Shown here piece by piece: positions 10,808 to 19,650 of a DNA stretch of 64,000 bases (its first letter is position 1; each line of letters opens with the position of its first letter). The translations under genes and the position numbers were made by a program. Location of the stretch: the NCBI GenBank assembly GCA_046541575.1, contig JBKHDA010000001.1:24243-88242 (forward strand), written 5' to 3'. Below the pieces are notes generated by a model. That model worked only from the letters and a program-made list of their open reading frames with translations. It made no database searches and was not told where the DNA came from. This DNA is from Halanaerobium sp. Lineage in GTDB: Bacteria > Bacillota > Halanaerobiia > Halanaerobiales > Halanaerobiaceae.

Positions 10808-12089
10808 AAATGGAAAAGTGTATGATTCTAAAAATGGACTTGCTGGAAAATATGATATTTTAATTGAAGGTAATAAGATTTTTGAAATAAATAAAGAAAT
10901 TAAAAATCAGGGCTATGAAGTGATAGATGCTGAAGATAAAATTATTATTCCTGCTTTAATCGATATGCACACTCACCTTAGAGAACCCGGTTACGAAGAA
11001 AAAGAAACAGTTAAAACCGGCTGTGAGGCAGCAGCGGCTGGAGGGTTTTCTGCAGTAGCAGCAATGCCCAATACAAAACCGATAGCTGATAATCCGGCAG
11101 TTGTCGAACACCTTAAACTTAAATCAGAAAAGGCAGCAGTTAGAGTTTATCCAATTGGAAGTATCACTCAGGACAGTAAGGGAGAGGTTCTTTCTGAAAT
11201 TGGAACCCTGGCTAAAACTGGTGTTAAGGCCCTGTCAGATGACGGGAACCCGGTGATGAACTCTGAAATTATGAGGCGAGCAATGGAATATGCATCTGCC
11301 TTTGATCTGCCAATAATTGACCACTGTGAGGATGAAAATCTTTCTCAGGATGGAGTAATGCACGAGGGCTATTATTCTACAATTTTTGGCCTGAAAGGAA
11401 TTCCGGCAGCAGCTGAAGAAATCATGGTTGCTCGGGATATAGTGCTGGCAGAGATGACGGGTATTCATCTGCATATAGCTCACTTAAGTACTGAAGGGAG
11501 TTTAAATCTGGTCAAAGATGCTAAGGCCAGAGGAGTAAATGTAACTTTTGAAGTTACACCTCACCATTTACTGCTGACTGATAAAGAAGTAGGAGATTAT
11601 AATCCTGATACCAAGGTTCATCCACCACTTCGTTCGGAAAGAGATAAGAATATTTTAGTTGAAGCTTTAAAGGATGGCGAAATAGATGTACTGGCAACCG
11701 ATCATGCCCCCCATACTTTTGAAGACAAACTGGGAGAGTTTGATTATGCAGCCTTTGGAATTTCCGGGCTGGAAACAGCTCTCGCACTGTTATATCATAA
11801 TTTTATTAAAACTGAAATCATCGACTGGGACGATTTACTCAGAATGTATTATTATAAACCAGGAGAGATATTAAAGATTGAATCTGAAGGTTTAAAACAG
11901 GGAGCTAGAGCTGATCTTTTAATTTTCAATCCGGAGCGGGAATGGACAGTAGATAAGAAGAATTTTAAATCTAAGGGTAAAAATACTCCTTTTGACGGCC
12001 AGAAGTTAAGCGGTAGAAATGAATTGACTTTTGTTGGCGGGAAATTAGTTTATGATGACCGAGGAGGCAAAAATGAAATACTTTATTGA
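10791..12089 (+). CDS. pyrC: dihydroorotase
   Basis: DMHTHLREPG, MPNTKP and ATDHAPH motifs. Confidence 0.97.
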   Translation: MKTLIKNGKVYDSKNGLAGKYDILIEGNKIFEINKEIKNQGYEVIDAEDKIIIPALIDMHTHLREPGYEEKETVKTGCEAAAAGGFSAVAAMPNTKPIADNPAVVEHLKLKSEKAAVRVYPIGSITQDSKGEVLSEIGTLAKTGVKALSDDGNPVMNSEIMRRAMEYASAFDLPIIDHCEDENLSQDGVMHEGYYSTIFGLKGIPAAAEEIMVARDIVLAEMTGIHLHIAHLSTEGSLNLVKDAKARGVNVTFEVTPHHLLLTDKEVGDYNPDTKVHPPLRSERDKNILVEALKDGEIDVLATDHAPHTFEDKLGEFDYAAFGISGLETALALLYHNFIKTEIIDWDDLLRMYYYKPGEILKIESEGLKQGARADLLIFNPEREWTVDKKNFKSKGKNTPFDGQKLSGRNELTFVGGKLVYDDRGGKNEILY

Positions 12090-12969
12090 TAAGCTGCAGC
12101 AGAAAATTGAAGCCAAAGATTCAAGAATTTGTGTTGGACTGGATCCTCATTTAGAATTATTACCGGAAAATGTACTGGCCGCTGATCTTTTAGAAGATCT
12201 GGAATCAAATCAGGAAGAAATTGCAGCCGCAGTTTTAAAATTCAACCAGAATTTAATTGATGCTGTTGCTGATATGACAGCAGTTGTAAAACCACAGATG
12301 GCATTTTACGAAAAACTTGGGATTTCAGGGATGGAATGTCTCTGGCAGACTATGGCCTATGCTAAAAGTAAAGATTTAATTGTGCTGCTGGATGGAAAGC
12401 GAAATGACATTGGATCTACGGCAGGAGCTTATGCAGAAGCTTATCTGGAAAACAAAAATACAGAGGTAGATTCGATAACAATCAATCCTTATTTAGGCAG
12501 TGATGGAATACTACCATTTTTAAAAAATAAAGAAAGAGGAGCTTTTGCACTTTTAAGAACTTCCAATCCTTCTGCAGTCGATCTCCAGGATCTTAAATTG
12601 GATGACGGCAGGACAGTTTATCAGGCTGTTGGAGACTTTTTGCAGAATTTAGGAAGTGACTATCTTGGTGACTGTGGTTATTCAAATCTGGCTGCAGTAG
12701 TTGGAGCAACTTATCCAAAAGAACTCAAAGAAATTAGAGATCAGCTTGATTCAGTCTTTTTCTTAATCCCGGGTTACGGAGCTCAGGGTGGAGGAGCCGA
12801 AGATATTAAAGCCGGTTTTGACAGTGAAGGCAGAGGAGCAGTTGTTAATTCATCCCGCGGAATCAATTTTGCCTACAGAAAAGAAGAATTTGCCCACTTT
12901 GGGGCCGAAAATTATGCTAAGGCAGCAAGAGCAGCAGCCGAAAAAATGAAAAATGAAATCAATGAGTAG
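12073..12969 (+). CDS. pyrF: orotidine-5'-phosphate decarboxylase (long subfamily)
   Basis: CVGLDP, DGKRNDIGST, PGYGAQGG and NSSRGI motifs; start moved to ATG 12073 behind GGAGG. Confidence 0.96.
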   Translation: MKYFIDKLQQKIEAKDSRICVGLDPHLELLPENVLAADLLEDLESNQEEIAAAVLKFNQNLIDAVADMTAVVKPQMAFYEKLGISGMECLWQTMAYAKSKDLIVLLDGKRNDIGSTAGAYAEAYLENKNTEVDSITINPYLGSDGILPFLKNKERGAFALLRTSNPSAVDLQDLKLDDGRTVYQAVGDFLQNLGSDYLGDCGYSNLAAVVGATYPKELKEIRDQLDSVFFLIPGYGAQGGGAEDIKAGFDSEGRGAVVNSSRGINFAYRKEEFAHFGAENYAKAARAAAEKMKNEINE

Positions 12970-13007
12970 TACCGGGTACTTGGAAATTATTTCCAAGTAC
13001 CCGGTAC
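12969..13007. repeat. 39-bp palindrome, complete REP-like element
   Basis: GTACCGGGTACTTGGAAAT-T-ATTTCCAAGTACCCGGTAC, perfect 19-bp arms, between pyrF and pyrK. Confidence 0.92.
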
Positions 13008-13024
13008 CAACAAAGGAGGAGTTT

Positions 13025-13801
13025 ATGTTTAAAATTATTGCTAATAGAGAGGTTGGACCTGGAATTTTTCAGCTTGTCTTAAATTATGATCAATTACCAC
13101 AGCAGCCGAAGCCGGGACATTTTTTCAATATTAAAGTCAGTCAGAATGGCAGTGATGATCCACTTTTGAGAAGACCCTTTAGTATTTTTGATTTTGATGC
13201 AGCAGAAAAAAAGATTGAATTTATTTACAGAGTTGTTGGTAAAGGAACCAAAATTCTTTCTAAATTAAAAAAGAATACTGAACTTGATGTACTTGGACCT
13301 CTGGGAACTCCTTTTTCTCTGGATGCAGCTGAAGGGAATGTTCATTTAATTGGCGGTGGAATGGGTATTGCTCCTCTGTACTATCTTGCTAAAAAATTAA
13401 AAAGCAGCAGACAGACAGTTTATCTTGGAGCTGCAAATAAAGCAGAATTAGAGTTTTTTGAGAAAAAATTTAAGGGACTGGGGGTAGAATGTCATCTGGC
13501 AGCGATGGAAGAAAAACTTGAGATTAAAGGTTCTGCCCTGGTTTTATGGTTAAATTATCTTGAAAAAAATACCCCAGATTATGTTTACACCTGTGGGCCG
13601 GAAAAAATGCTGGCTGCAGTTGAAAAAGAAGCACTTAAAAATAATATTGGGGGCGAACTTTCTGTAGAGAAAAGAATGGGCTGTGGAATTGGAGTCTGTC
13701 TATCCTGCAGCTGTGAGACAAGAGAAGAAGACCAGAAAAACAAAAGAGCCTGTGTGGAAGGGCCAGTTTTTGGACTGGGGGAGGTAATTCTCAGTGCCTG
13801 A
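13025..13801 (+). CDS. pyrK: dihydroorotate dehydrogenase electron-transfer subunit
   Basis: LRRPFS, GGGMGIAP and MGCGIGVCLSC...CVEGPVF [2Fe-2S] motifs; ATG 13025 behind AGGAGG. Confidence 0.96.
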   Translation: MFKIIANREVGPGIFQLVLNYDQLPQQPKPGHFFNIKVSQNGSDDPLLRRPFSIFDFDAAEKKIEFIYRVVGKGTKILSKLKKNTELDVLGPLGTPFSLDAAEGNVHLIGGGMGIAPLYYLAKKLKSSRQTVYLGAANKAELEFFEKKFKGLGVECHLAAMEEKLEIKGSALVLWLNYLEKNTPDYVYTCGPEKMLAAVEKEALKNNIGGELSVEKRMGCGIGVCLSCSCETREEDQKNKRACVEGPVFGLGEVILSA

Positions 13802-14774
13802 AAAGCAGCAAGAAATTATTGATAATAAATTAACAGAAGCTGACTTAAACTTAGAGGTAATGATGAGATCACAGCAGTTTCAGCAGCAAAAAGATTTAAA
13901 ATTAAAAAATCCCCTGATTACCGCTTCCGGAACCTGTGGTAATGGCAAAGAGCTGGCTGATTTTTACGACATCAATCAGCTGGGAGCTTTTACAACTAAA
14001 GGAATTACAGTTGAAGCCCAGTCGGGAAATAAAACTCCCAGGATTGCAGAGACTGCATCAGGAATAATAAATTCTATTGGTTTAGAGAATCCAGGAGTCA
14101 ATAACTTTATTTCAAATGTTTTACCTGAGACTAGTAATTACAGCCTTCCCATATTCGCCAATATTTCTGGCTACAGTAAAGAGGATTTTATAACTCTGGC
14201 GGAGAAATTAGAAGATAGATCAGAATTAGCCGGAATTGAAGTCAATCTTTCCTGTCCTAATATCAAAGGTGGAGGTATGATTTTTGGGACTGATCCGGAA
14301 AAAGTATTTGAGATTACTAAAAAAGTTAGAGAGATTTATTCTGGCTACATTATTGTTAAGCTGACTCCCAACATTACTGATATCACAGAAACTGCTCTGG
14401 CCGCTGAAAAAGCAGGAGCAGATGCAGTGGCTATGATTAATACACTTTCAGCAATGAAAATTGATATAGATCAGCAGAAACCGCTACTTGCCAATACTTT
14501 TGGTGGTCTTTCAGGGCCAGCGGTGCGGCCGGTAGCAGTTAAAATGGTTTATCAGACTTACAAAAAATTGGAAATTCCAATTTTAGGTCTGGGAGGAGTC
14601 CAGAGCGGTAGTGATGTAATTGAATTTATGCTGGCTGGAGCGACAGCAGTTGGAATTGGGACAGTCAATATGATTGACCCAACAGCCGGACCCCGAATAA
14701 TTAGTGAAATTGAAGGTTATATGCTCAGACATCAGATTAAAGATTTAAGTTCAATTATTGGAAAAGCCCATTAA
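13794..14774 (+). CDS. pyrD: dihydroorotate dehydrogenase 1B catalytic subunit
   Basis: TASGT, NSIGLENPG, NLSCPN, KLTPN and GGLSG motifs. Confidence 0.97.
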   Translation: MPEKQQEIIDNKLTEADLNLEVMMRSQQFQQQKDLKLKNPLITASGTCGNGKELADFYDINQLGAFTTKGITVEAQSGNKTPRIAETASGIINSIGLENPGVNNFISNVLPETSNYSLPIFANISGYSKEDFITLAEKLEDRSELAGIEVNLSCPNIKGGGMIFGTDPEKVFEITKKVREIYSGYIIVKLTPNITDITETALAAEKAGADAVAMINTLSAMKIDIDQQKPLLANTFGGLSGPAVRPVAVKMVYQTYKKLEIPILGLGGVQSGSDVIEFMLAGATAVGIGTVNMIDPTAGPRIISEIEGYMLRHQIKDLSSIIGKAH

Positions 14775-14876
14775 ATTTAAAAATTCAATCTGTCTGATTA
14801 CAAAAATAAGTTGATTTTATTTTTGTATAGTTAAATAAAAAATTATTTATAAACTTATAAAACAGGAGTGAATTAG

Positions 14877-15449
14877 ATGACTAAAGAAGAAATTAGAGAA
14901 TTATTAGTAGAAACAGATGTGATTCAGGAAGGCCATTTTGTTTTAAGTTCAGGCCGACATGCTGATATTTATATGCAGTGTGCCAAGGTTTTACAGTATC
15001 CAGAACATGCTTCAACTCTGGCAGCAGAAATTGTAAGAAAATGGGGAGATAAAGAAGTGGATGTAGTTGTTGGTCCGGCTCTGGGAGGAGTTGTATTATC
15101 CTATGCTGTGGCTGAAGAATTGGGAGTCCGCTCAATTTTTAGTGAACGCAAAAATGGGGAGATGAAAATCAGGCGAGGATTTGAACTAAAACCAGGCGAA
15201 AAAGTATTAGTTGTAGAAGATGTAGTAACTACAGGAGGGTCAGTTAGAGAACTACTTGCAGTATTAGAAGAACTGGATGTAGAAATAGTTGGATTAAGCT
15301 CCATTGTTGACCGCAGTAATGGAAAAGTTGAATTTGATTATGATTTTAAGGCACTGCTTCCGGTCGATATCAAATCATATAAGGCAGGAAAGTGTAAATT
15401 ATGTGAGCAGGGGGAAGCTATAACTCGCCCGGGTAGTAAAGAAAAATAA
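14877..15449 (+). CDS. pyrE: orotate phosphoribosyltransferase
   Basis: GHFVLSSGRH and VEDVVTTGGS motifs. Confidence 0.97.
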   Translation: MTKEEIRELLVETDVIQEGHFVLSSGRHADIYMQCAKVLQYPEHASTLAAEIVRKWGDKEVDVVVGPALGGVVLSYAVAEELGVRSIFSERKNGEMKIRRGFELKPGEKVLVVEDVVTTGGSVRELLAVLEELDVEIVGLSSIVDRSNGKVEFDYDFKALLPVDIKSYKAGKCKLCEQGEAITRPGSKEK

Positions 15450-15452
15450 ATT

Positions 15453-15481
15453 TTGCATTTTATACTTCAGCTGATTATAAT
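15453..15481 (+). promoter_or_regulatory. sigma-A promoter of gloA
   Basis: TTGCAT, 17-bp spacer, TATAAT. Confidence 0.65.
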
Positions 15482-15525
15482 ATAAAGCAGAGTAAAATAA
15501 TAATATTTAAGGAGCTGTGATAATA

Positions 15526-15909
15526 ATGCAAAAATATGATTTTGTTCATTCCTGTATTCGAGTAATGAATTTAGAAAAATCAGTTGAATTTTACAAAGAT
15601 GCTTTAAATCTGAAAGAAAGCAGACGCAGAGATTTTCCAGAAGCTGAGTTTACTTTAGTTTATTTAACAGATCAGAATGAAAATTTTGAGCTGGAATTAA
15701 CTTATAATTATGATCAGGAAGAACCTTATATAATTGGTAATGGTTACAGCCACATTGCAGTGGTTGTTGATGATTTAGAAAAATCTTATCAGCGCCACAA
15801 AGAAGCCGGCTATGAAGTGGGAGATTTAAAAAGTTTGAGTGAAGGATCTTCAGGTTATTACTTTATTACAGATCCTGATGGCTATAGAACTGAAGTTATA
15901 GCGAGATAA
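15526..15909 (+). CDS. gloA: lactoylglutathione lyase (glyoxalase I)
   Basis: HSCIRV, ELELTYNY, GNGYSHIA and DPDGYRTE motifs; ATG chosen from RBS spacing. Confidence 0.9.
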   Translation: MQKYDFVHSCIRVMNLEKSVEFYKDALNLKESRRRDFPEAEFTLVYLTDQNENFELELTYNYDQEEPYIIGNGYSHIAVVVDDLEKSYQRHKEAGYEVGDLKSLSEGSSGYYFITDPDGYRTEVIAR

Positions 15910-15912
15910 CAG

Positions 15913-15937
15913 GGTACCGGTCACTTGTAAAAAAATT
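15913..15937 (+). repeat. degenerate REP-like copy
   Basis: GGTACCGGTCACTTGTAAAAAAATT, about 19/25 identical to the family consensus, 3 nt after the gloA stop. Confidence 0.55.
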
Positions 15938-15967
15938 GGAATTCAAAATCAAAAAAATAATCCATAA

Positions 15968-16011
15968 AAAAAGCTCAACTTCTGGCAGCAGAGCCAGTGG
16001 TTGAGCTTTTT
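15968..16011 (+). terminator. intrinsic terminator after gloA
   Basis: AAAAAGCTCAAC / GTTGAGCTTTTT stem. Confidence 0.85.
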
Positions 16012-16059
16012 GTAGTTTAAGCCCAAAATAAGATTTATTTCTACTTGGTTTAAAAGAAA

Positions 16060-16113
16060 TTTACATATATTTAATAATATATTAATACTTCTGTGACATA
16101 TAACATTTATAAT
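16060..16113 (+). promoter_or_regulatory. Pho-box-like 11-bp-period repeats plus -10 box
   Basis: TTTACA (16060), TTAATA (16071), TTAATA (16082), GTGACA (16093), then TATAAT (16108). Confidence 0.45.
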
Positions 16114-16142
16114 AATAATTAAATAAGAAAAGGAGTGTTAAA

Positions 16143-16895
16143 ATGGAAAAAATAGAAACAGATTTACACACACATACTGTTGCAAGCGGTCATGGCTATT
16201 CCACAATTGATGAAATGGCAGGAGGAGCTTTTAAAAAAGGTATAAAATTAATTGCATTAACAGATCATGGGCCAAAAATGCCGGGTGGATCAGATATCTA
16301 TTATTTTAGCAATTTATCTGTTGTACCTGATTTATTGCATGGTGTTAGAATCATTAAAGGTGTAGAGGCTAATATATTGGATGATGGAAAATTAGATTTA
16401 TCAGATAAAATACTTAATTGTTTAGATTTTGTTTCAGCTGGTATTCATAGTTTGACAGGACATAATTTACACAGCAAAAAGGATTATACAAGTGCTATGA
16501 TTAAAGTAATGAAAAATCAATTCCTTGACATGATTACTCATCCTATACAAAAAGAATATCCAATACATTTAGAAAAAGTTGCTAAAGTTGCAGCAGAAAA
16601 TAATGTTATTTTAGAGTTGAATTCTAGTTCTTATAATCCTAAAAAAGGTTATATAAGGGGAGTTAAAAGAGATTCACTTAAACTATTAGAATTAGCAAAT
16701 AAGTATAAATTGAAGCTTGCTATTAATAGTGATGCTCATTTTTATAGCGAAATTGGAGATTTTTCTAATTTAGATTTTATTTTTAATAATAATAATTTCA
16801 ATAGAAAACTGATAGTCAATCGTAGTTTAGATAGTATAACAAACTATCTTAAAAGAAGAGATAAAGAGATTTCTAGACTTAAAAAAACTATTTAA
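16143..16895 (+). CDS. PHP-domain phosphatase (YcdX-like)
   Basis: DLHTHT, HGYST, TDHGP, GVEAN and NSDAH motifs. Confidence 0.9.
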   Translation: MEKIETDLHTHTVASGHGYSTIDEMAGGAFKKGIKLIALTDHGPKMPGGSDIYYFSNLSVVPDLLHGVRIIKGVEANILDDGKLDLSDKILNCLDFVSAGIHSLTGHNLHSKKDYTSAMIKVMKNQFLDMITHPIQKEYPIHLEKVAKVAAENNVILELNSSSYNPKKGYIRGVKRDSLKLLELANKYKLKLAINSDAHFYSEIGDFSNLDFIFNNNNFNRKLIVNRSLDSITNYLKRRDKEISRLKKTI

Positions 16896-16989
16896 GTTTC
16901 TATAAATTTAGATTATAATATAAAACTATTTTTAAAAAATATTGATTAAAATAATAATTTTTTAAAATATAATAATAAAATAGCTTACG

Positions 16990-17012
16990 ACTTCCGATAA
17001 GGGAGTTTTTTT
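16990..17012 (+). terminator. probable terminator after the PHP gene
   Basis: ACTTCC-GATAA-GGGAGT followed by a T tract. Confidence 0.5.
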
Positions 17013-17055
17013 AATTTTTAAATATACTTAAGCAAAAGATGATATTAACTTTAAT

Positions 17056-17976
17056 TTAAATTCCAAGAATAAAATCATAAAAATTTTTTTCATGCTGATT
17101 TAGCTGATAATTTTTTCTTTTGATCAGAGAATATTCAAAATCAAGCAGATTGGCATGTTCTGTTTCAATATCAACTATTTTTATAAGTTCTCTTTCCAGT
17201 TCAAGATCAATAGAACTTCTTGGAAGAAAACCAAGACTGCTGCCATTAATTATGGACTGTTTTGTTATATTTACAGAATTGCTGACAAGAGAAACATTAA
17301 GTTCATTTATTTTATAATTTATTTCAGCTAAAAAATTATTAATTAAATTATAAGCACTAGAATCTTTTTCCCGCATAATAATTGGAATCTTTTTCAATTC
17401 TCTTTTTGTAATAAGATCCTGTTCAAATTCATTAGAAGCACATAAAACCAGGCTGTCTTCAAAAAAATCATATTTATCTATATATGGACACTGCTCACAA
17501 TTCTTTTCAAAAAACAGATGGTCACAGTTTTCCATTCCAGCCAGAATCCCAAGGTTATAGTCATGTTTTAAAACTTTATTTAAAACTTCAGAAGAATTAA
17601 AGGTATCAATTTTTACCCGCAGTTCATTATAATTTTCTTCAAATTTATGTATTTTTGATGCAAAATAAAAAGAACCAAAATTCTGACAGGATGCAATAAC
17701 TAAATGTTTGTTTTTATTTTTAATCATTTCAATTTCATTAAATAAATTTTCTTCTAGATGTAGGATAGTTTCTGCATAATCAAAAACTTTCTCGCCTATC
17801 TCTGTTAAAACAACTCCTTTATTTGATCTTTGGAGTAGAGGCATCGAAAAACTCTCTTCTAACTTCTGCAGCTGTTTACTTAAACCTGGCTGAGTAATAT
17901 GAAGAGTTTTACTTGCTTTAGAAATACTTTTACATCTGGCAGTATAATAAAATGATTTTAGATATTCTATCTTCAC
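17056..17976 (-). CDS. LysR-family regulator (CysL-like), divergent from yeeE
   Basis: SISKASKTLHITQPGLSKQLQKLE HTH; REKDS motif; GTG start behind GGAGGT. Confidence 0.93.
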   Translation of the reverse strand: MKIEYLKSFYYTARCKSISKASKTLHITQPGLSKQLQKLEESFSMPLLQRSNKGVVLTEIGEKVFDYAETILHLEENLFNEIEMIKNKNKHLVIASCQNFGSFYFASKIHKFEENYNELRVKIDTFNSSEVLNKVLKHDYNLGILAGMENCDHLFFEKNCEQCPYIDKYDFFEDSLVLCASNEFEQDLITKRELKKIPIIMREKDSSAYNLINNFLAEINYKINELNVSLVSNSVNITKQSIINGSSLGFLPRSSIDLELERELIKIVDIETEHANLLDFEYSLIKRKNYQLNQHEKNFYDFILGI

Positions 17977-18011
17977 TAAAAGACCTCCTTTTTAAATCGT
18001 AGATTCTGCAT

Positions 18012-18026
18012 ATAACTATCTGTTAT
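18012..18026. promoter_or_regulatory. LysR T-N11-A operator
   Basis: ATAAC-TATCT-GTTAT dyad in the lysR/yeeE divergent spacer. Confidence 0.65.
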
Positions 18027-18269
18027 CATATATAACAAAGATTCATTTTTCAGGTGTTAATAACTATTATATACTACTAGGTGCAGTCAGTAAATTATTT
18101 ATAAAAGTTAATTTAAGCACAAGGGAGGTAGTTAAAATCGAGAAAGAAACTTATTTGCTTGAAGGATTATTTTATTTGAGAAAAGTAAAATAAATAATAT
18201 TTTTTTAGTCAACTTAGAGAAAAAATTAACAAACAATTAAATTTTATTATAGGGGAGAGATTATTTTAA

Positions 18270-19586
18270 ATGAAGAACAATATCAAGAAAAATCAACTTT
18301 GGGCAGCACTAATTTTAATTTTTATTATGATCATAGCCGGAAATCAGCTGGCTGTAATTGATCAGGGACTTACATTATCTTTAATAACAGGCTTGTTTTT
18401 TGGTTATCTATTAACAAGAGGAAGATTTGGCTTTGCCGGGGGAGTCAAAAAAATATACATAACCGGAGAAGGAAGTTTAACAAAAGCACTTTTAGTTATG
18501 TTTGGGGTGACAATTATTGCAATGGCTGGTCTGCACTGGGGAGCAGCAGCTGATGGTGCAGTAGTCAGTTATCTGGTTGAAGGAGATTTAATGCAGATTC
18601 CTGGCTCAGCTTCGGTCAAGGTTCTAAACCTGGCTACTCTAATTGGTGGCTTTACATTCGGAATGGGAATGATGCTTGCAGGTGGCTGTGCATCAGGAAC
18701 TTTAACTGATCTGGGTGAAGGAGCATTTCGTTCTGCTATTGCACTATTATTTTTTGCTATCGGTTCAGTACCAGGAGTTAGTATGCGCTATGCTTTTGAT
18801 CAGTCGAGTTTAGCTGATTTTTCAACAAAAATGTATTTACCACACCATTTTGGTTATGTTGGTGCAACAGTTATTTCCTTAGTTCTGCTTCTGGGAATGT
18901 ATATGATGACCAGAAAATATGAGAGCTTCAGACGGAAAGAAAATCATTTTGAAGAAATGGAATACACTAAAGAAGATTTACCTCTAGAAGAAACTGAAGC
19001 TGATGGATTTTTCAGCTTTAAAACATATCATAAGTTTTTTATGGAAAGATGGTCATTTATGCGAGTTGGTCTGCTGCTGGCTGTAATGTTTGTATTTGTA
19101 GTAAATACAACCGGAAAATCCTGGGGTGTAACTTCAGCTTATGCAAGATGGGGAGTAGCTTTATTCGATAACCTTGGTTTTGATATGACCGGTCCAGCTT
19201 TTCAAGCTCATTATGCAACAGTTCAGCAGGGTTTAATTAATGATGGAGGGACAATCAGAAATATCGGAATAATTTTAGGCTCCAGTATTGCCTTTTTACT
19301 GGCCAGCAAATTTAAATTTGACTTCAATTTCAATTTAAAAGATGCTGGATATTATGCTCTTGGTGGAGCTTTGATGGGCTTTGGTGCCAGAATGGCAAAA
19401 GGTTGTAATATTGGGGCACTGTATTCTGCTATAGCTAACTTTTCACTTCACGGCTGGGCTTTTTTAGTTGCTCTAAGCCTGGGTGGTATATTTGCGCTTA
19501 AAATATTTGCAGGTAAGGTAAATATAATTCCTGCCAGCAGATATGAGGAATCAGAGGAGAAAATTGCTGAAGAACTATCTGCTTAG
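18270..19586 (+). CDS. yeeE: YeeE/YedE (TsuA) sulfur-compound / thiosulfate transporter
   Basis: Polytopic membrane protein with two repeats: GMMLAGGCASG and GARMAKGCNIG. Confidence 0.9.
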   Translation: MKNNIKKNQLWAALILIFIMIIAGNQLAVIDQGLTLSLITGLFFGYLLTRGRFGFAGGVKKIYITGEGSLTKALLVMFGVTIIAMAGLHWGAAADGAVVSYLVEGDLMQIPGSASVKVLNLATLIGGFTFGMGMMLAGGCASGTLTDLGEGAFRSAIALLFFAIGSVPGVSMRYAFDQSSLADFSTKMYLPHHFGYVGATVISLVLLLGMYMMTRKYESFRRKENHFEEMEYTKEDLPLEETEADGFFSFKTYHKFFMERWSFMRVGLLLAVMFVFVVNTTGKSWGVTSAYARWGVALFDNLGFDMTGPAFQAHYATVQQGLINDGGTIRNIGIILGSSIAFLLASKFKFDFNFNLKDAGYYALGGALMGFGARMAKGCNIGALYSAIANFSLHGWAFLVALSLGGIFALKIFAGKVNIIPASRYEESEEKIAEELSA

Positions 19587-19650
19587 TTTAAAGATAATTA
19601 ATTGAGATTAGAATTTATTAAAAAAAAAGAATTTACAGGAGGAATAAAAT

